Positions 1 through 11,870 of a stretch of DNA of 64,000 nt are shown in pieces. The translations under genes and the position numbers were made by a program. The notes beneath the pieces were generated by a model. It was not told where the DNA came from. It ran no database searches and saw only the letters and a list, made by a program, of their open reading frames with translations. The DNA comes from Camelus dromedarius (taxonomy: Eukaryota): assembly GCF_036321535.1 (NCBI RefSeq), contig NC_087437.1, positions 53,880,001 through 53,944,000 on the forward strand, written 5' to 3'. How positions within the stretch are numbered: the first letter of the stretch is position 1; every line of letters starts with the position of its first letter.

Positions 1-980
1 AGACTGAAACTAAATGGGCATCATCATATATAAGACAGCTCTATATGGGAATTCCTGGGATAACCTAAGGAGAGTGTGGCTTGAGATGAGAAGATAACTA
101 CTCTGAGGGACACTAAAAGCATAGAAAAGAGAATTTGCAAAGGAGACTAAGAGAGTAGCCAGAAAGTTGAGGACAAAAACAAAATAACACAAACCAGGAC
201 TGTGTATCTTAGAAGTCAAAGGAAGATTGTTTCAAAGAGGTCAGTAGTATACATTTCTGCACAGAGATCAAATAATATGAAACTGAGAATTACCCAATGG
301 ATTTTGCAGCAAGGAGTTTGAAGGAGACCAGGGTGAGATCAGTTTCAGTGGTGTGTTGGGGACAGAAGTCAGATGTAGGGAGTTGAGGAGTAAGTGGGAG
401 GTACGAAAGTGGAGGCAGTGACTGACTCATGAGAATGTGTCTATGACAGGGAGGAAAGAGATCAGTGGTAGCTGGAAGGGGATGTGGGTCCAGATGGAGG
501 CTTTTTGAGACAAGAAAGATTTCTATACATTTAAATGCTGAGTGGAAGGGGCCAGTGGACAAAAAGAAGATTAGAGATACAGAAAAGAGGAAATTGTCAA
601 GGTTTTGGGGAAAGACTGAAGTCATTGTTTAACTTAGGTTGAAGGATATCTCTGCTGTCAAAGCAGTAGTGAAGGACAGAAGAATGGGTGCAGACAAAAA
701 AGAATTTACAATTTTTGTGGCAGAAAATTGAGGAAATTCTCATTTAAAGATTTCAGATTTCCCCGGGATGGCCATCTCCTGAGCATGACCTAGTGAAATA
801 GCAGGGTTAGAATTCTGTAGAGAGTGGACACAGCCTGAAATGGGTATAGCAGAGTGGAAGAGAAGAAAGCAGATTTGAACATGACAAGGTCATGTATGTG
901 ACCGTGGGACTGGGTGACTTAAATAAATGGAGGTGAAAGTCATTGAAAATGAATGGGGTCGGGAATTTAAGATGGAATTT
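1..980 (-). mobile_element. L2 (LINE2) remnant
   Basis: Purine-rich motifs typical of antisense L2 (aaggagactaagagagtagccagaaag, cagtttcagtggtgtgttggggacagaagtcaga). Boundaries approximate. Confidence 0.65.
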
Positions 981-3199
981 CTTCATTGAAGCTGACTTGT
1001 CTTCACAGAATAAAAGTAGACAGGCCTCTCAGGGTAAGTGCAGATTCTAAGTAATGTCTTGTTTTGCTTTTGATTCTCATTTGGGTTTTATCTATAAATC
1101 TAGACTCAATAGTACCTGTTAGACTTCAAATCTCTCTGGTACTTGCACTTAAGGAAATCATGCAGAGAAGAACGGAAACAGACCTACAAATGATTATGGA
1201 CCATGATGTGCTCATTGACTTGAGGGTTGCTTCCCCTTGTACATGAAACACCTCTGTAGGTCCAGGTAGCCATCTATCTGTCTAGTGCATCTTCCCTTCC
1301 TCAAGGTAAGTAGCCCCACTTACTTCCCTACTCTTCCCTCTTCTCAGACACAGACTTACACATATGCACCATCTTTCTCCTCTTCCAACAAGTGCTTTCT
1401 AGGTCTCCTCCTTAGCTCACATACTCTCCAGTTTCTCTGAGGGAAAAGTCTATCAGGAGGTACGATTTTCTGGGGAACAGCACTGAAGTTCACTACTTTA
1501 CTATGCACTGGAAACACTTAGACCACTTGATGGTATCAAGAGCACTAACGTGGGACGTGGAAGGACTCTTCTGCATTCCTAACATAGACCAGAGTCCTGA
1601 TCTATCCACAGAGTGCCAGAACTGGGACTGAACCCAGACACCATCTAGTCCAGTGCTTTTTTAGGCAGAAAGGGAAACTGAGGCAGGGAGGCGAGGCAAC
1701 GTGTCCAGATCATGGCAATCAGCTAGTGGCACAGCCTGGATTCAAATCCAGAGCCTCTCATCCCTAATCTGACCCTCTTTATGTATATCAAATTCCCTGG
1801 AACAGTACCTCATTTTCTTCTTCCTAAATACCTATGCCAGAATAATTTTTCAGCTCAGTCCCACACACTAGCACTCTGAATATTCATTTCCCAAACCTCA
1901 GAGGCTTAACAAGAACAAAAAAATGGATCAAAAAATTAATCCGTTATTGGGTGACATGGATTATAACAAATACAAAGTGGGAGAAAACACACAAAAAAGC
2001 AAAACCTCAGGGTTTTTACAGCCTTATGACATCCATCAGGCTGTGACCAAAATTGGACACGACAGAGCATTATAAATCGTGGGGCTGTAAGGGAAGAACA
2101 AGGAGAGAAAATCATGCAGTAGCGCTGGTGCCTCAGGCAACATTCATCACCTATAATCTCACAGCCTCTCTGTCTTACGAGCAGGTCCTGTGCACAGCAG
2201 GTTCTGTTCTGAAGCAGTAGCCCTCACCAATCTCTCCTTTGCAGACCTGACACATGCAAACTGATACCTAGTAATTAAAGGTGATCCCAGGGCCAGACAG
2301 GCTCCTTCTCATTGAATCAGGGTTATAATGTATTTGGATTTTTTAAAATGAAATGGGAAAAAAATCTCTAAAGAGTTGGCAGGGAGAGAGATAGAATTGA
2401 CCTCTTTCCACAACAATGGAAAGCCTAATTTTCAATCTTGTGACTGAGAAGGAAGAGTACCCAACAGAGAGACACAAAACAGGCTGTCACAATGTCCTGT
2501 CAGAGTGATGTTGGGAGAAATCAGTAACTTCAGTGAGAAACTCGAGTTTGATTGTGAACTATACTTTAGGGGGGCAATCCTGAATCTTTGCAAAACACCT
2601 ACTTGAGGTCAAGATCAGGAGTCTTTTAATGCACTCACCAAACCACCCCTGGTGGGCCTGTGGCTTTGAGGCTGTTTCCTGCTACTGGCTTGGGGTCATG
2701 GCTGCTCTTTGCACAGGTTTAAAATTCTCATTGATGTCAGAGGGGGCCCAGGCAATCTCACCGAGGCCTGAGCTGCACCCTTATGGCTACACTGAAGCTA
2801 CAGAGGTAAAGAGCCAAGTTCAGCTTGTTGGTATGAGCAGCAGCAGGCTGTGCAGCGTCTCCCAGCTTTGCAGTGTCGTGGCCCTGGATAATCTGCCTTC
2901 ATTTCTCATTGCTCTCCTCCATGGATTTCAGTGTGCACTGCTGGTAATTAAATTCGTACATTATGACTGTGGCTGTCTCCTGGCCTCCATCCATCAGAGA
3001 GCAAGCTGCTTTCTGGTGCCAGCTCAACTCAGCCATAATGACTAGACTAATGAAGGCTGACCTTGCCTTCCAGAACTGCATGACGGAGAAAAACACACAA
3101 GTGGGATTTAAAGAACCTGGATTCACCATCTATCTCTGCCACTCAAATGTTGTATCTTAGCAATTTGCTCAAGCTTTCTCAGCCTCAGATTTTTAATTT

Positions 3200-3385
3200 A
3201 TAGTGATTTTTACGCAGGAGAGTATTTTGGTATCATTCTTGGAGCTTTCAAAAAATACATGGCCTCCCCAACCCTAGACATGCGGAATCAAAATTTCTGG
3301 AGGAGAGACTGGACATCTGTATTTTACAAAGCTCCCTTAGAGGCATCTGTTCTGAAACATCCCTTAAGAGTCATAAGCCACTGGG
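3200..3385. mobile_element. MER5-type hAT-Charlie element
   Basis: gaatcaaaattt...catctgtattttacaaagctccc core with an end resembling aagccactg. Confidence 0.55.
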
Positions 3386-4329
3386 CTATTGTAGGGACAA
3401 CACAGATATGGGGATTAATGTAACTCAGAGATAAAGAGCCCTAAAATTTAGTTATTTATTTTACTTTCTGCTTTCCCTCTTCACAACATACAGACACAGA
3501 CAGTGGGTTCTAGGTCTTAAATCTCTCTCTCCTTTCCATATGTGGGTCTTTATCTCTACTTTACCAGTTAAATGATCAGTTTAAGTGCTCTATTCCACCC
3601 AAGTGCTACTGTTTCAAGCCTCTACATATTCTTTCTTGAAATAATCCTATCTGATATTTTGTAGTTATGGTTCATGTCTATATCATATCAGTACATATAT
3701 CATTAAATCTAATGGGATGGGATCTAATATTATTATTTCAGTTCGATGGATAAGGACATTAAGGTTCAAAGAGCTTAGATAACTCAGTGTGGTACGGGGA
3801 ACAGATACCCTCGTCCTCTAGTTTTAAGTCTAATGCTTTTCTCCCTAAGTCACTCTAGAAATAGTATCCAAATTTTACTAATTCAAATGCTAACCATTAC
3901 AAAGCAAGCAAGTAAAGAATGGGACTTAGAGGGCCTTTCAAATGTTTTCCATGGCTTGGTGGTTTAATGATTCTAGTTGTATATTTAGAAATCTTGATAG
4001 CTGAATTCTTTATTTCTCCTCCAGATGTTATAAGATGAGTAGAGAATTAGTTTGACCTGTGTGGGACCTGGTTCCTCTCCCAGAAAGCAGGACAAGGGTA
4101 GACCTGCCCCCTTGAGCATATGCCCAACTTTGCACTCTCGTTACTTCAGGTTTGGTGGGCTTTGTCCTCATTACTGGGCAGAGAAGAAATCATACACGGG
4201 AAGGAGTGGGGTCATTCCCATCCTCCACGTTGAAGGCCAGAAGAGACTAGCCTTGGTTATCTCCCTTCCCCTGGGTCAGTTAGGCTTTTGTAAAACCCAA
4301 ATGTGTCATGCTCCAGTGAAATCGTTTCC

Positions 4330-4790
4330 TTAAAGGTAGACTTTAAGAACGGAGAGTTCTGGGTGTTTTAAAAAATGGTTATTTTTCTCTTCCTTCTGCC
4401 AGAAGCACAGGAAGATTTTTCCCCATGTTCGCAGTGAGTTTTTCCTGAGTTTTTCATGAAAGGGTGGGAACCCCCCCCCCAAGAATGGACCCCCTGGATT
4501 TTTAAACTCTCAGGCTGTCCACTGACCTTCCAGCAAGTGGCCAATGACAGTATAAAGTGTTCCTGCTGGTACTGGTTCCCCCAGCGGCTTCTGCACCAGA
4601 GCATTTGACTATGGTAAGCTGGATCCTCTCTCTCCCGCATCTGTCCTTCCAGTTGTCAGGGCAGCAGTTTCCCCTGTGACCCTAATTCTCCCAGGAATCT
4701 AAGCTAGTTGTTGATTTTGAGTTTGTTTGGCTTTTTTCTTGTTGTGAGGGAGTGATGACCTCTAGGCTCCATCCATGTCAAACTGGAAGA
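4330..4790 (-). mobile_element. Old L1M 5'-region fragment
   Basis: tttcccctgtgaccctaattctc...gttgttgattttgagtttgtttggcttttttcttgttgtgaggg resembles antisense L1MB/MC 5' ends. Confidence 0.55.
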
Positions 4791-4838
4791 TGCTTTTTTA
4801 CACATGGGCAGGAAGTGAAGAAAAATTCAGTTGCTCTT

Positions 4839-4975
4839 TGTCTTGGCTGGAGTTCTTCTAGAAGCACAGCCTGAGACAAAAACTTGGTGCAGGTTGTTAA
4901 TATGCAGGACATCCCTGGGGGCAGGAGTGAGGAACTGGGTAAAGTGAATCAGGGACGAAAGAAAAGCCAAGGAAC
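4839..4975 (-). mobile_element. ERVL LTR fragment (LTR33/LTR16-like)
   Basis: tgtcttggctggagttcttctagaagcacagcctgagacaa resembles the reverse-complemented 3' end of LTR33/16-type LTRs. Confidence 0.5.
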
Positions 4976-5934
4976 AGGTGTAGCTTCCACCTGCTGGTTT
5001 CCTGGCTTGGCCTGCGGTGGGTGGAGAGGGTTGCCTAAAGACTCTGCTTTATCACGTCTTCACCACAGCCTTGGATCAGAGCCCAGATAGCTCTGGCTCT
5101 GGTTTTAAAACCACCTATGTAAAAAAGAGAAGGTGGCTGTCAGGAACGGGAGTGGAGGCTCTGTTTGTAGACTGGGCAGCCTGGGATTGGCCGCCTTCCT
5201 CTCTGAGGCCCAGCTTTCTTCAAGCTCACAGAAGGTCTTTCTATCCCCAAATATCCAAATGGTTGTCTATCAAGGCAGACCCCAGCCTCCCAGATGAACT
5301 GTGAGAGGCCTGACACTAAACAGGTTTTCACAGAAACTGTGAAAAAAATTGCTCCTTTGAAAACTTGTGAGTTTTTGTTTTAGTTCTTTTGATTTTACAT
5401 ATTTCTTCTGGTTCTTTCTAAAAGGTTTATTTTATTGTCCTTTGAGTGTGATTTTTGCTGTCTGGAGTGGTGTTCTCAGGAGGCCTAGCGCTGGGCCTGA
5501 GCGGCAGCTGCTGTGGACTGCCTGCTCCTTTCACGTCTTACTTCACCTTCTACAGAGGAGCGGACTGTCCAGACAGGCGCTGGATGTGAGTCCTAGGGGA
5601 GCGCTGGCCTCGCCAGGGAGGTGCACAGAACAGAGTGGCTTGGGGACAGATAACAAGGCGTGATAGGAATATTTAGCGGTCCGTCTGGATTCCTAAGTGA
5701 CTACTGTGCTCTCGGAGTCCTTATATACGTGCTTATTTGTAGTTTTTTCACCTTGTACTATTACATATATATATAAATTAATATTTATATACACATATAT
5801 GTATCATAATTTTTAAAATAAATTATATACAATTACTTATATTTAATTTTATTTTGTTGTATCCCCAATATGTTTAAGAAAGACTGTATGGAAACTTACA
5901 AAGAAACATGCAACATAGCAACAGCAGAAAAACA

Positions 5935-6155
5935 GCAAACACTTTTATTTGCTTACTAAGTGCCAATAACTATTTTCAAGCTCATTGAATCCTCACAACA
6001 GACTGGCAAAGTAGATAATGTAATTATCCTTACTTTTTTGATGGAGAACCTGAGGCACAGAGAAGTTAAAGGGACTTGTCCAAGGCCACCAAGGTGTAAA
6101 CAGTGAAACTAGGATTCAATCCAGGCCCGCTGGCTCCAGATCTATGCTCTTAACC
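5935..6155 (-). mobile_element. MIR SINE
   Basis: Core gaggcacagagaagttaaagggacttgtccaaggccac...ggattcaatccagg...ggctccaga...gctcttaacca. Confidence 0.8.
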
Positions 6156-7961
6156 AAAACGATAAGTTGAGAAAAATGAGACATGGCGAAGGAAAACTAG
6201 ATGCTCTTTTATATACTTGGCTCTTCCTGCTGGGCTGCATCCTGCCTGAGAATAAGGACTAGCAGGTTATACATATTTGATAAATGTGTTAATGAATCTT
6301 TTTAAGGCGGCTGTCCAATTCTGCTTTTCCTTAACTTCACTTGTTCCCTGTTGTGTTTGTGACTATCTGTAATGTGCAGTGGGGTCAGTAATGAGGAGGA
6401 GAACCAGCTCCTTCCATTACATTCTAGGATGATGTGAGTTCAACACCTCCCTCCCTCTCCAGGCTGACCTTTTGCTGAGAAGTTGTCCTAACTAGCACAT
6501 GCCCAGGGGCCTCAGCTCAGTGAGCACAGTCCTTAGTGGAGCAGCACGAAGACCCCCACTCAGATGCCCCAAAACAGCTCCCCGTGCCTTCTATCTGTTC
6601 TTCTACTATTGCAACCCATTCTTTCTTTAGATATGCCCATCCTTTCATGAGAATTAGTGTGGCATCAGAGAAATCTGAGTCCTGGCTCTGCCACTTATTG
6701 GGCAGGTCATCCCAGGGTCCAGGAGGTGATATTTGTATGGCATCACCAACACAGCAGGGACTCCTAGTCCAGAAGTCTCTTCTCCATTCTCTGAAGCTCT
6801 GAGGTAGGAGAAATGGATTTAGGTTAGGAATCATCCAGCCTCAGTGTTCCCCAGATCAATCACCATAAATTTTTTTTGCATCTGTTCTGTGTATACCTAC
6901 AGTGTTTATGCTAACAAGTTAAAGAGATGTTTAAAATGTGAGTAAAATTATTGCTCCATAAGGACCACATTTCTTGTTTCTCTCCTTTAACTAAGCCAAT
7001 CCCTCCATCCTCATCCACTCCCAAGCTAGAGGAATTATTGAAATAAATTATCAAGTGGATTATTGCCATAAACAGGGCCTCCACCTCCTCTTTCAGTCCC
7101 ACCCCCTCAATCCTTATCACATAAGTGTCCTGCTTGTCTTGAATTTAAACCCTAGAGGGACAGAGCTTACTTTCTAGAATCTCTGACTCTTTGAGTTAGA
7201 AGTGGCTTTTAAGGTCATCTCGTCCCAACTCCTCGTCCCAGGAATGGGAACTCTCTCTATCCTGCCTTCCAAAGGTGGCCTCCACACCTGCTTGTATACT
7301 GCTCTGCATAATTTACACAGTGAAAGGTGGAGTGAAATAGTCCTTTCATGTGGCTTAGTGTCCTGCCTCACAACTTAGGAAATCTCACCAGAACAAATCA
7401 CTAGGTCAGGGTTTCAAGATGGTTCCTCCCACGGACTCCAGAGTGCCAACATAAAACCCAAAACTCCGTCCTGAGCTTCTCCTCGGGGAGGGAGGTGGTT
7501 GGAGATGTCGCAGGTTTTAGAGTCACAGAGGACTAGGTTCAAGTCTCACTTATACTGCTTATCAGCTTTGAACAAGGTACCCCAGCTCTCTGTGCCACTC
7601 ACCTGAAAAATACCAGGAATAATCCCCCTCAGAGGACTGTGGTGAGGACATCAGGTGCATAAAAGGAGTGTGGGACACATGCTCCCCTACATCCACCCTC
7701 CAGTGGCTATATGAGAACATGAGCTTCTCTGAGGGTAGAAACTGCTTTACTTAGTCGATGTTACCTGTCCCAGTGCCAAGCATAGTGCTTTGCCCAGTGT
7801 AAAAATATAAGAAAAATAAAATAAAAGCTAACTTATAGGTGCCCCAGAATCCAGACCAGAGTTTTGTACTCATACGTCCCTTAGTAAAGCCTGCTCACAA
7901 ATTAGCAAATCCCTGCTGCCCTCTGTCTTTGGAACGAAGGTTTGCTCTGTGTACTCAGTCT

Positions 7962-8042
7962 GAAATGAAAGTCAAAACAGCAGCTAACATGTGTAAGCTA
8001 GGAAACCGAAACTGTTTTTGCCTCTTGCTGGAAACTGAAAGT
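7962..8042 (+). promoter_or_regulatory. ISRE/IRF-element cluster of the RTP4 promoter
   Basis: GGAAACCGAAACTG (8001-8014, canonical ISRE), GGAAACTGAAAGT (8030-8042, ISRE/IRF-E) and GAAATGAAAGT (7962-7972), all within 100 nt of the ATG of a known ISG. Confidence 0.88.
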
Positions 8043-8054
8043 TACTCAATAAAC

Positions 8055-8236
8055 ATGGACTCCAAGCCTCAGAGCAAGACAATGGCTTTGGATGTCAGGA
8101 CGTGGGAGCAGATATTTCAAGAACTGATCTGGCAGGAGAAACCCCGGGCCAGATGGACGCTGAAGTTGGATGGGAACCTGAAGCCAGACTGTGTGGCCCC
8201 AGGGTGGAAGCAATATCGGCAGAGAGGATTTGGCAG
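8055..8236 (+). CDS. RTP4: RTP4 coding exon 1 (receptor transporter protein 4, IFN-inducible)
   Basis: Translates MDSKPQSKTMALDVRTWEQIFQELIWQEKPRARWTLKLDGNLKPDCVAPGWKQYRQRGFG, matching the RTP4 N-terminus as I recall it (human MVVDFWTWEQTFQELIQEAKPRATWTLKLDGNL...). ATGs at 8055 and 8082 both have A-3/G+4. Donor CAG|GTAGGT after 8236, phase 2. Confidence 0.95.
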
Positions 8237-9136
8237 GTAGGTGAGAGTCTGTCCGCCATGGGCCTTTCTGGGCCAAGAGGCTCAGCTGAGCATTGATCAG
8301 TTCTTTTCAGAGCTTGTTAAAAGAATAAGTGTCACCAGGCTCTTCATCCTTTTGTAATCACACTTCTTTAGGATGGAAAAGGTAAGATTCTAACCTTCCA
8401 TTTTTCTTAACAGCAGGAAGTTTCTTCTTTTTTAGGTTTCCTCCCTAAATATTTCTGGAAATCCTAGGGAATGCCATGAATCTGTTCTCCTGTTCTCTCA
8501 CCACCTCACTTGTTGCAGACTGCCTCTTTCTACAGACTTCTGCTGTCTCCCTCATCAGTCCTGCTGGCTTCCCCAGGCTGCCACAGCCCTCTGAGCCCTA
8601 GTCCTGTTCAGTACCAGCCTAGGACTGGGACCTTCCTTTAAAGCCTCAAGAATTGACTAAGGCCAAGCAATGGCTTTGAACATCACTTTACCAAAGACCT
8701 GAGGATAACAGGAGGGAATGATGCTATAAGAAAGAAATTAAAACCTAGTTCTTGGAGTCCCTAAGTAGTGCCCCTTCCTTATTGACTATCTTCCTCTTTA
8801 ACTTCCAGTAAGCCTCCAGCTGCAGGAGCCAGCTTCCTTGCCAATATCAGGAAGGTGAGAACTGCTCATCTGGACAATCAAGTCTTCTCTTTTTATATGG
8901 CACAAAGGGACCTTCACTTTCCACTTCACCTGTTACCTGCCTCCCTCTGTTCCATTCATTATGGATTATTAGCCATGCCATACATTTTTAGACTTCTGTA
9001 CCCTTGTCCATGAAGTTCTGCCTGTTCAGCAGGCCCTTATCTCCCTCCCTCCCTACTCATCCCTCAAGGACCAACTCAAGTGTCCTGATCTCCCTAGGCA
9101 GAGTAAGTGTTCCTTCTCCAGTCCCATAAGTTAATT

Positions 9137-9139
<3 letters not shown>

Positions 9140-9204
<65 letters not shown>
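9140..9204. repeat. Compound (TC)n(TA)n microsatellite in the RTP4 intron
   Basis: Directly visible. Confidence 0.97.
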
Positions 9205-9268
9205 GTATGATCTCTGTCATTTATTTATAATACATTTGTTCATTTATTTTTAGTAGCTATTAAAAATG

Positions 9269-9341
9269 TTTTTCTTTTTTTTAAATTGAAGTATGGTCAG
9301 TTTACAAGGTTGTGTTAATTTCTGGTACACAGCATAGTGAT

Positions 9342-9375
<34 letters not shown>

Positions 9376-9766
9376 ACATATATATATATTCATTTTCAAT
9401 TCTTTTTCACTATAGGCCATTACAAGGTATTGAATATAGTTCCCTGTGCTATACAGCAGGACCTTGTTGTTCATCTATTTTATATATAGTAGTTAGTATC
9501 TGCAAATCCCAAACACCCAATTTATCCCTCTACTCCCCATTCCCCTCTGGTAACCATAAGTTTGTCTTCTATGTCTGTGAGTCTGTTTCTGTTTTGTAGA
9601 CGAGTTCATTTGTATCATTTTTTTTTAGATTCCATATATAAGTAATATCATATGGTATTTTTCTTTATCTTTCTGGCTTACTTCACTTAGTATGACAATC
9701 TCCAAGGTCTATCCATGTTGCTGTAAATGGCATTATTTTATTCTTTTTATGGCTGAATAGTATTCC

Positions 9767-9828
<62 letters not shown>

Positions 9829-10731
9829 CACATGTATATATACCACAACTTCTTTATCAAGTCATCTGTCAATGGACATTTAGGTTGCTTCCAAGTCTTG
9901 GCTATTGTAAACAGTGCTGCTATGAACACTGGGGTGCATGTATTTTTTCAAATTAGAGTTTCCTCGAGATATATGTCTAGGAGTAGGATTGATGATCATA
10001 TGGTAAGTCTATTTTTAGTTTTTAAAGGAATCTCCATACTATTTTCCATAATGGCTGCACCAAACTACATTCCCAACGGTGTAGAAGGGTTCCCTTTTCT
10101 CCACACCCTCTCCAGCATTTATTGTTTGTGGACTTTCTAATGATGGCCACTCTGGCTGATGTGAGGTGATACCTCATGGTAATTTTGATTCCCATTTCTC
10201 TGATAATTAATGATATTGACTGTTTTTTCACATACCTATTGGGCATTTGTATGTCTTCATTGGAGAAATGTTTGTTTAGATCTTCTGCCCATTTTTTGAT
10301 TGGGTTATTTATTTATTTACTTACTTGTTATTGAGTTGTATGATCTGTTTGTATGTTCTGGAAATTAAGCCCTTGTCAGTTGCCTCATTTGCAAACATTT
10401 TCTCCCATTCTGTAGGTTGGTTTTCATTTTATTTATAGCTTGCTTTGCTGTGCAAAAACTTGTAAGTTTAATTAGGTCCCATTTGGGTTTTTTTGCTTTT
10501 ATTTCTATTGCCTTGATAGACTGTCCTAGGAGAACATTGCTAAGATTTCTGTCAGAGAATGTTTTGCCTATGTTTTCTTCTAGGAGGTTTTTAGTGTCTT
10601 ATATTTAACTCTATAAGCCATTTTGAGTTTATTTTTGTGTGTGGTGTGAGGGAGGGTTCTAACTTCATTGAGTTACATGTAGCTGACCAGTTATCCCAAC
10701 ACCACTTGCTGAAGAGGCTGTCTTTTCTCCA
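9269..10731 (-). mobile_element. 5'-truncated L1 (ORF2 end + 3' UTR), antisense in the RTP4 intron, with two (GT)n tracts (9344-9373, 9769-9825)
   Basis: T-tail at ~9269-9282. Minus-strand ORF fragments [19 protein letters not shown] and [27 protein letters not shown] match the L1 ORF2 C-terminus. Confidence 0.92.
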
Positions 10732-11334
10732 TATAGTACATTTATAAATAACATATATTCATATATTACATATCATAGAACATATATATTTATATATAAT
10801 TGTTTTTGCTGTGGAACCCATTGTTTACATGAAGTCTCCTGGGGTCCTGCAGAACACAGTTTTCAAGCCATTCACCAGAGCCTGCATAGCAGTCATTTTG
10901 TTATGCCTGGAACCCAGTGAACTGGGTAAGAGTCTCTCTCCGCACCAGCCAGCGCTCTTTGAGGGACTCATGATATCTTTTATCAGTTATGCACTCCCCA
11001 AAATGGGAAGGTGCTTCTCTTGTTCAGATAAATTGACCTGACAGTCATTCTGAAATGAAGAAAAAGCAACCTACCAGCAAAGTTTTAGAAAACTATTGAC
11101 CAGCTTTTGAAAAGCACTTTGTAGTTTACAAAATGTTTTCACTTATAATATCTCATTTAATGTGGACAGTATAACACTTGAATATTTTTCTTTTTATGGA
11201 TGTAAAAATTGAGGCTTAGAGAAGGGAAGTGCTTTTCCCAAAGTTCCTCCTGATGTAAACTATGGACTTGGGTTTATGGCTTCAGGTCCCAAGTCAGGTG
11301 CAAAACTAGCCATGTTCTTCAATAGAGGTTATGT

Positions 11335-11565
11335 GCTATAGTAGGTAGATAAAACCAGGTTGGTTTCAAATGGCTTTGGGATTGGAAATATGGCTCTACT
11401 TACTTTGTGTGTCCTTAGGCAAGTTGTATATCATTTATGACTCAGTTTCCTTATGTGGATATTGGGCTCAATAATGCCAACCTCAGGGGGTGCTTTAAAG
11501 ATGAAATGGGGCAACACTGTAAAGCACCAAGTGCAGTGCTTGCCTCAAAATGGGTACTTTATAAG
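11335..11565 (+). mobile_element. MIR SINE (intronic)
   Basis: tgtgtccttaggcaagttg...ctcagtttccttatgtgga...gtaaagcaccaagtgcagtgcttg core. Confidence 0.65.
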
Positions 11566-11870
11566 AGTTTTCTATGACCTTGTGAAGACCAAATTTCACT
11601 GGAAAAATGACAGAAATGTTTTTCTCTCTAAGACATGCAGAGATGTTTTACTGGCAAAGAAGTAGACATGGGGCCACATATGGGTGGAAGTTCAGTGGGT
11701 CACAGGAAAAAGCTTGATTAGAAATGCAATCCCTCTCATTCTCGTCCAATTGTCAATTATCACATGCACTTTCTCAAATTGAAAGGGTTCTTAGAGACTG
11801 AAGCCTGGCCCATTTCCCTCAGGTCAACAATCAGTTGAGGGAACAATAATCTTCTTCCTTCTGTTTGCAG

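Noticed and set aside
2629..3160. Overlapping 65-138 aa ORFs as a gene or pseudogene
   Set aside because: No recognisable protein family, splice structure or poly(A)/TSD.
7839..8054. 72-codon in-frame upstream extension of RTP4 exon 1 in the ORF track
   Set aside because: It begins at GTG, runs through the ISRE promoter elements and has no RTP-like sequence. An internal ATG near 7989 probably lies at or upstream of the TSS.
9250..10608. Cys/Val- and His/Thr-rich ORFs in the RTP4 intron
   Set aside because: Translations of (GT)n tracts and L1 sequence.
9231..10743. TSD (tacattt) for the intronic L1
   Set aside because: Only 7 bp in AT-rich sequence and not adjacent to the T-tail.
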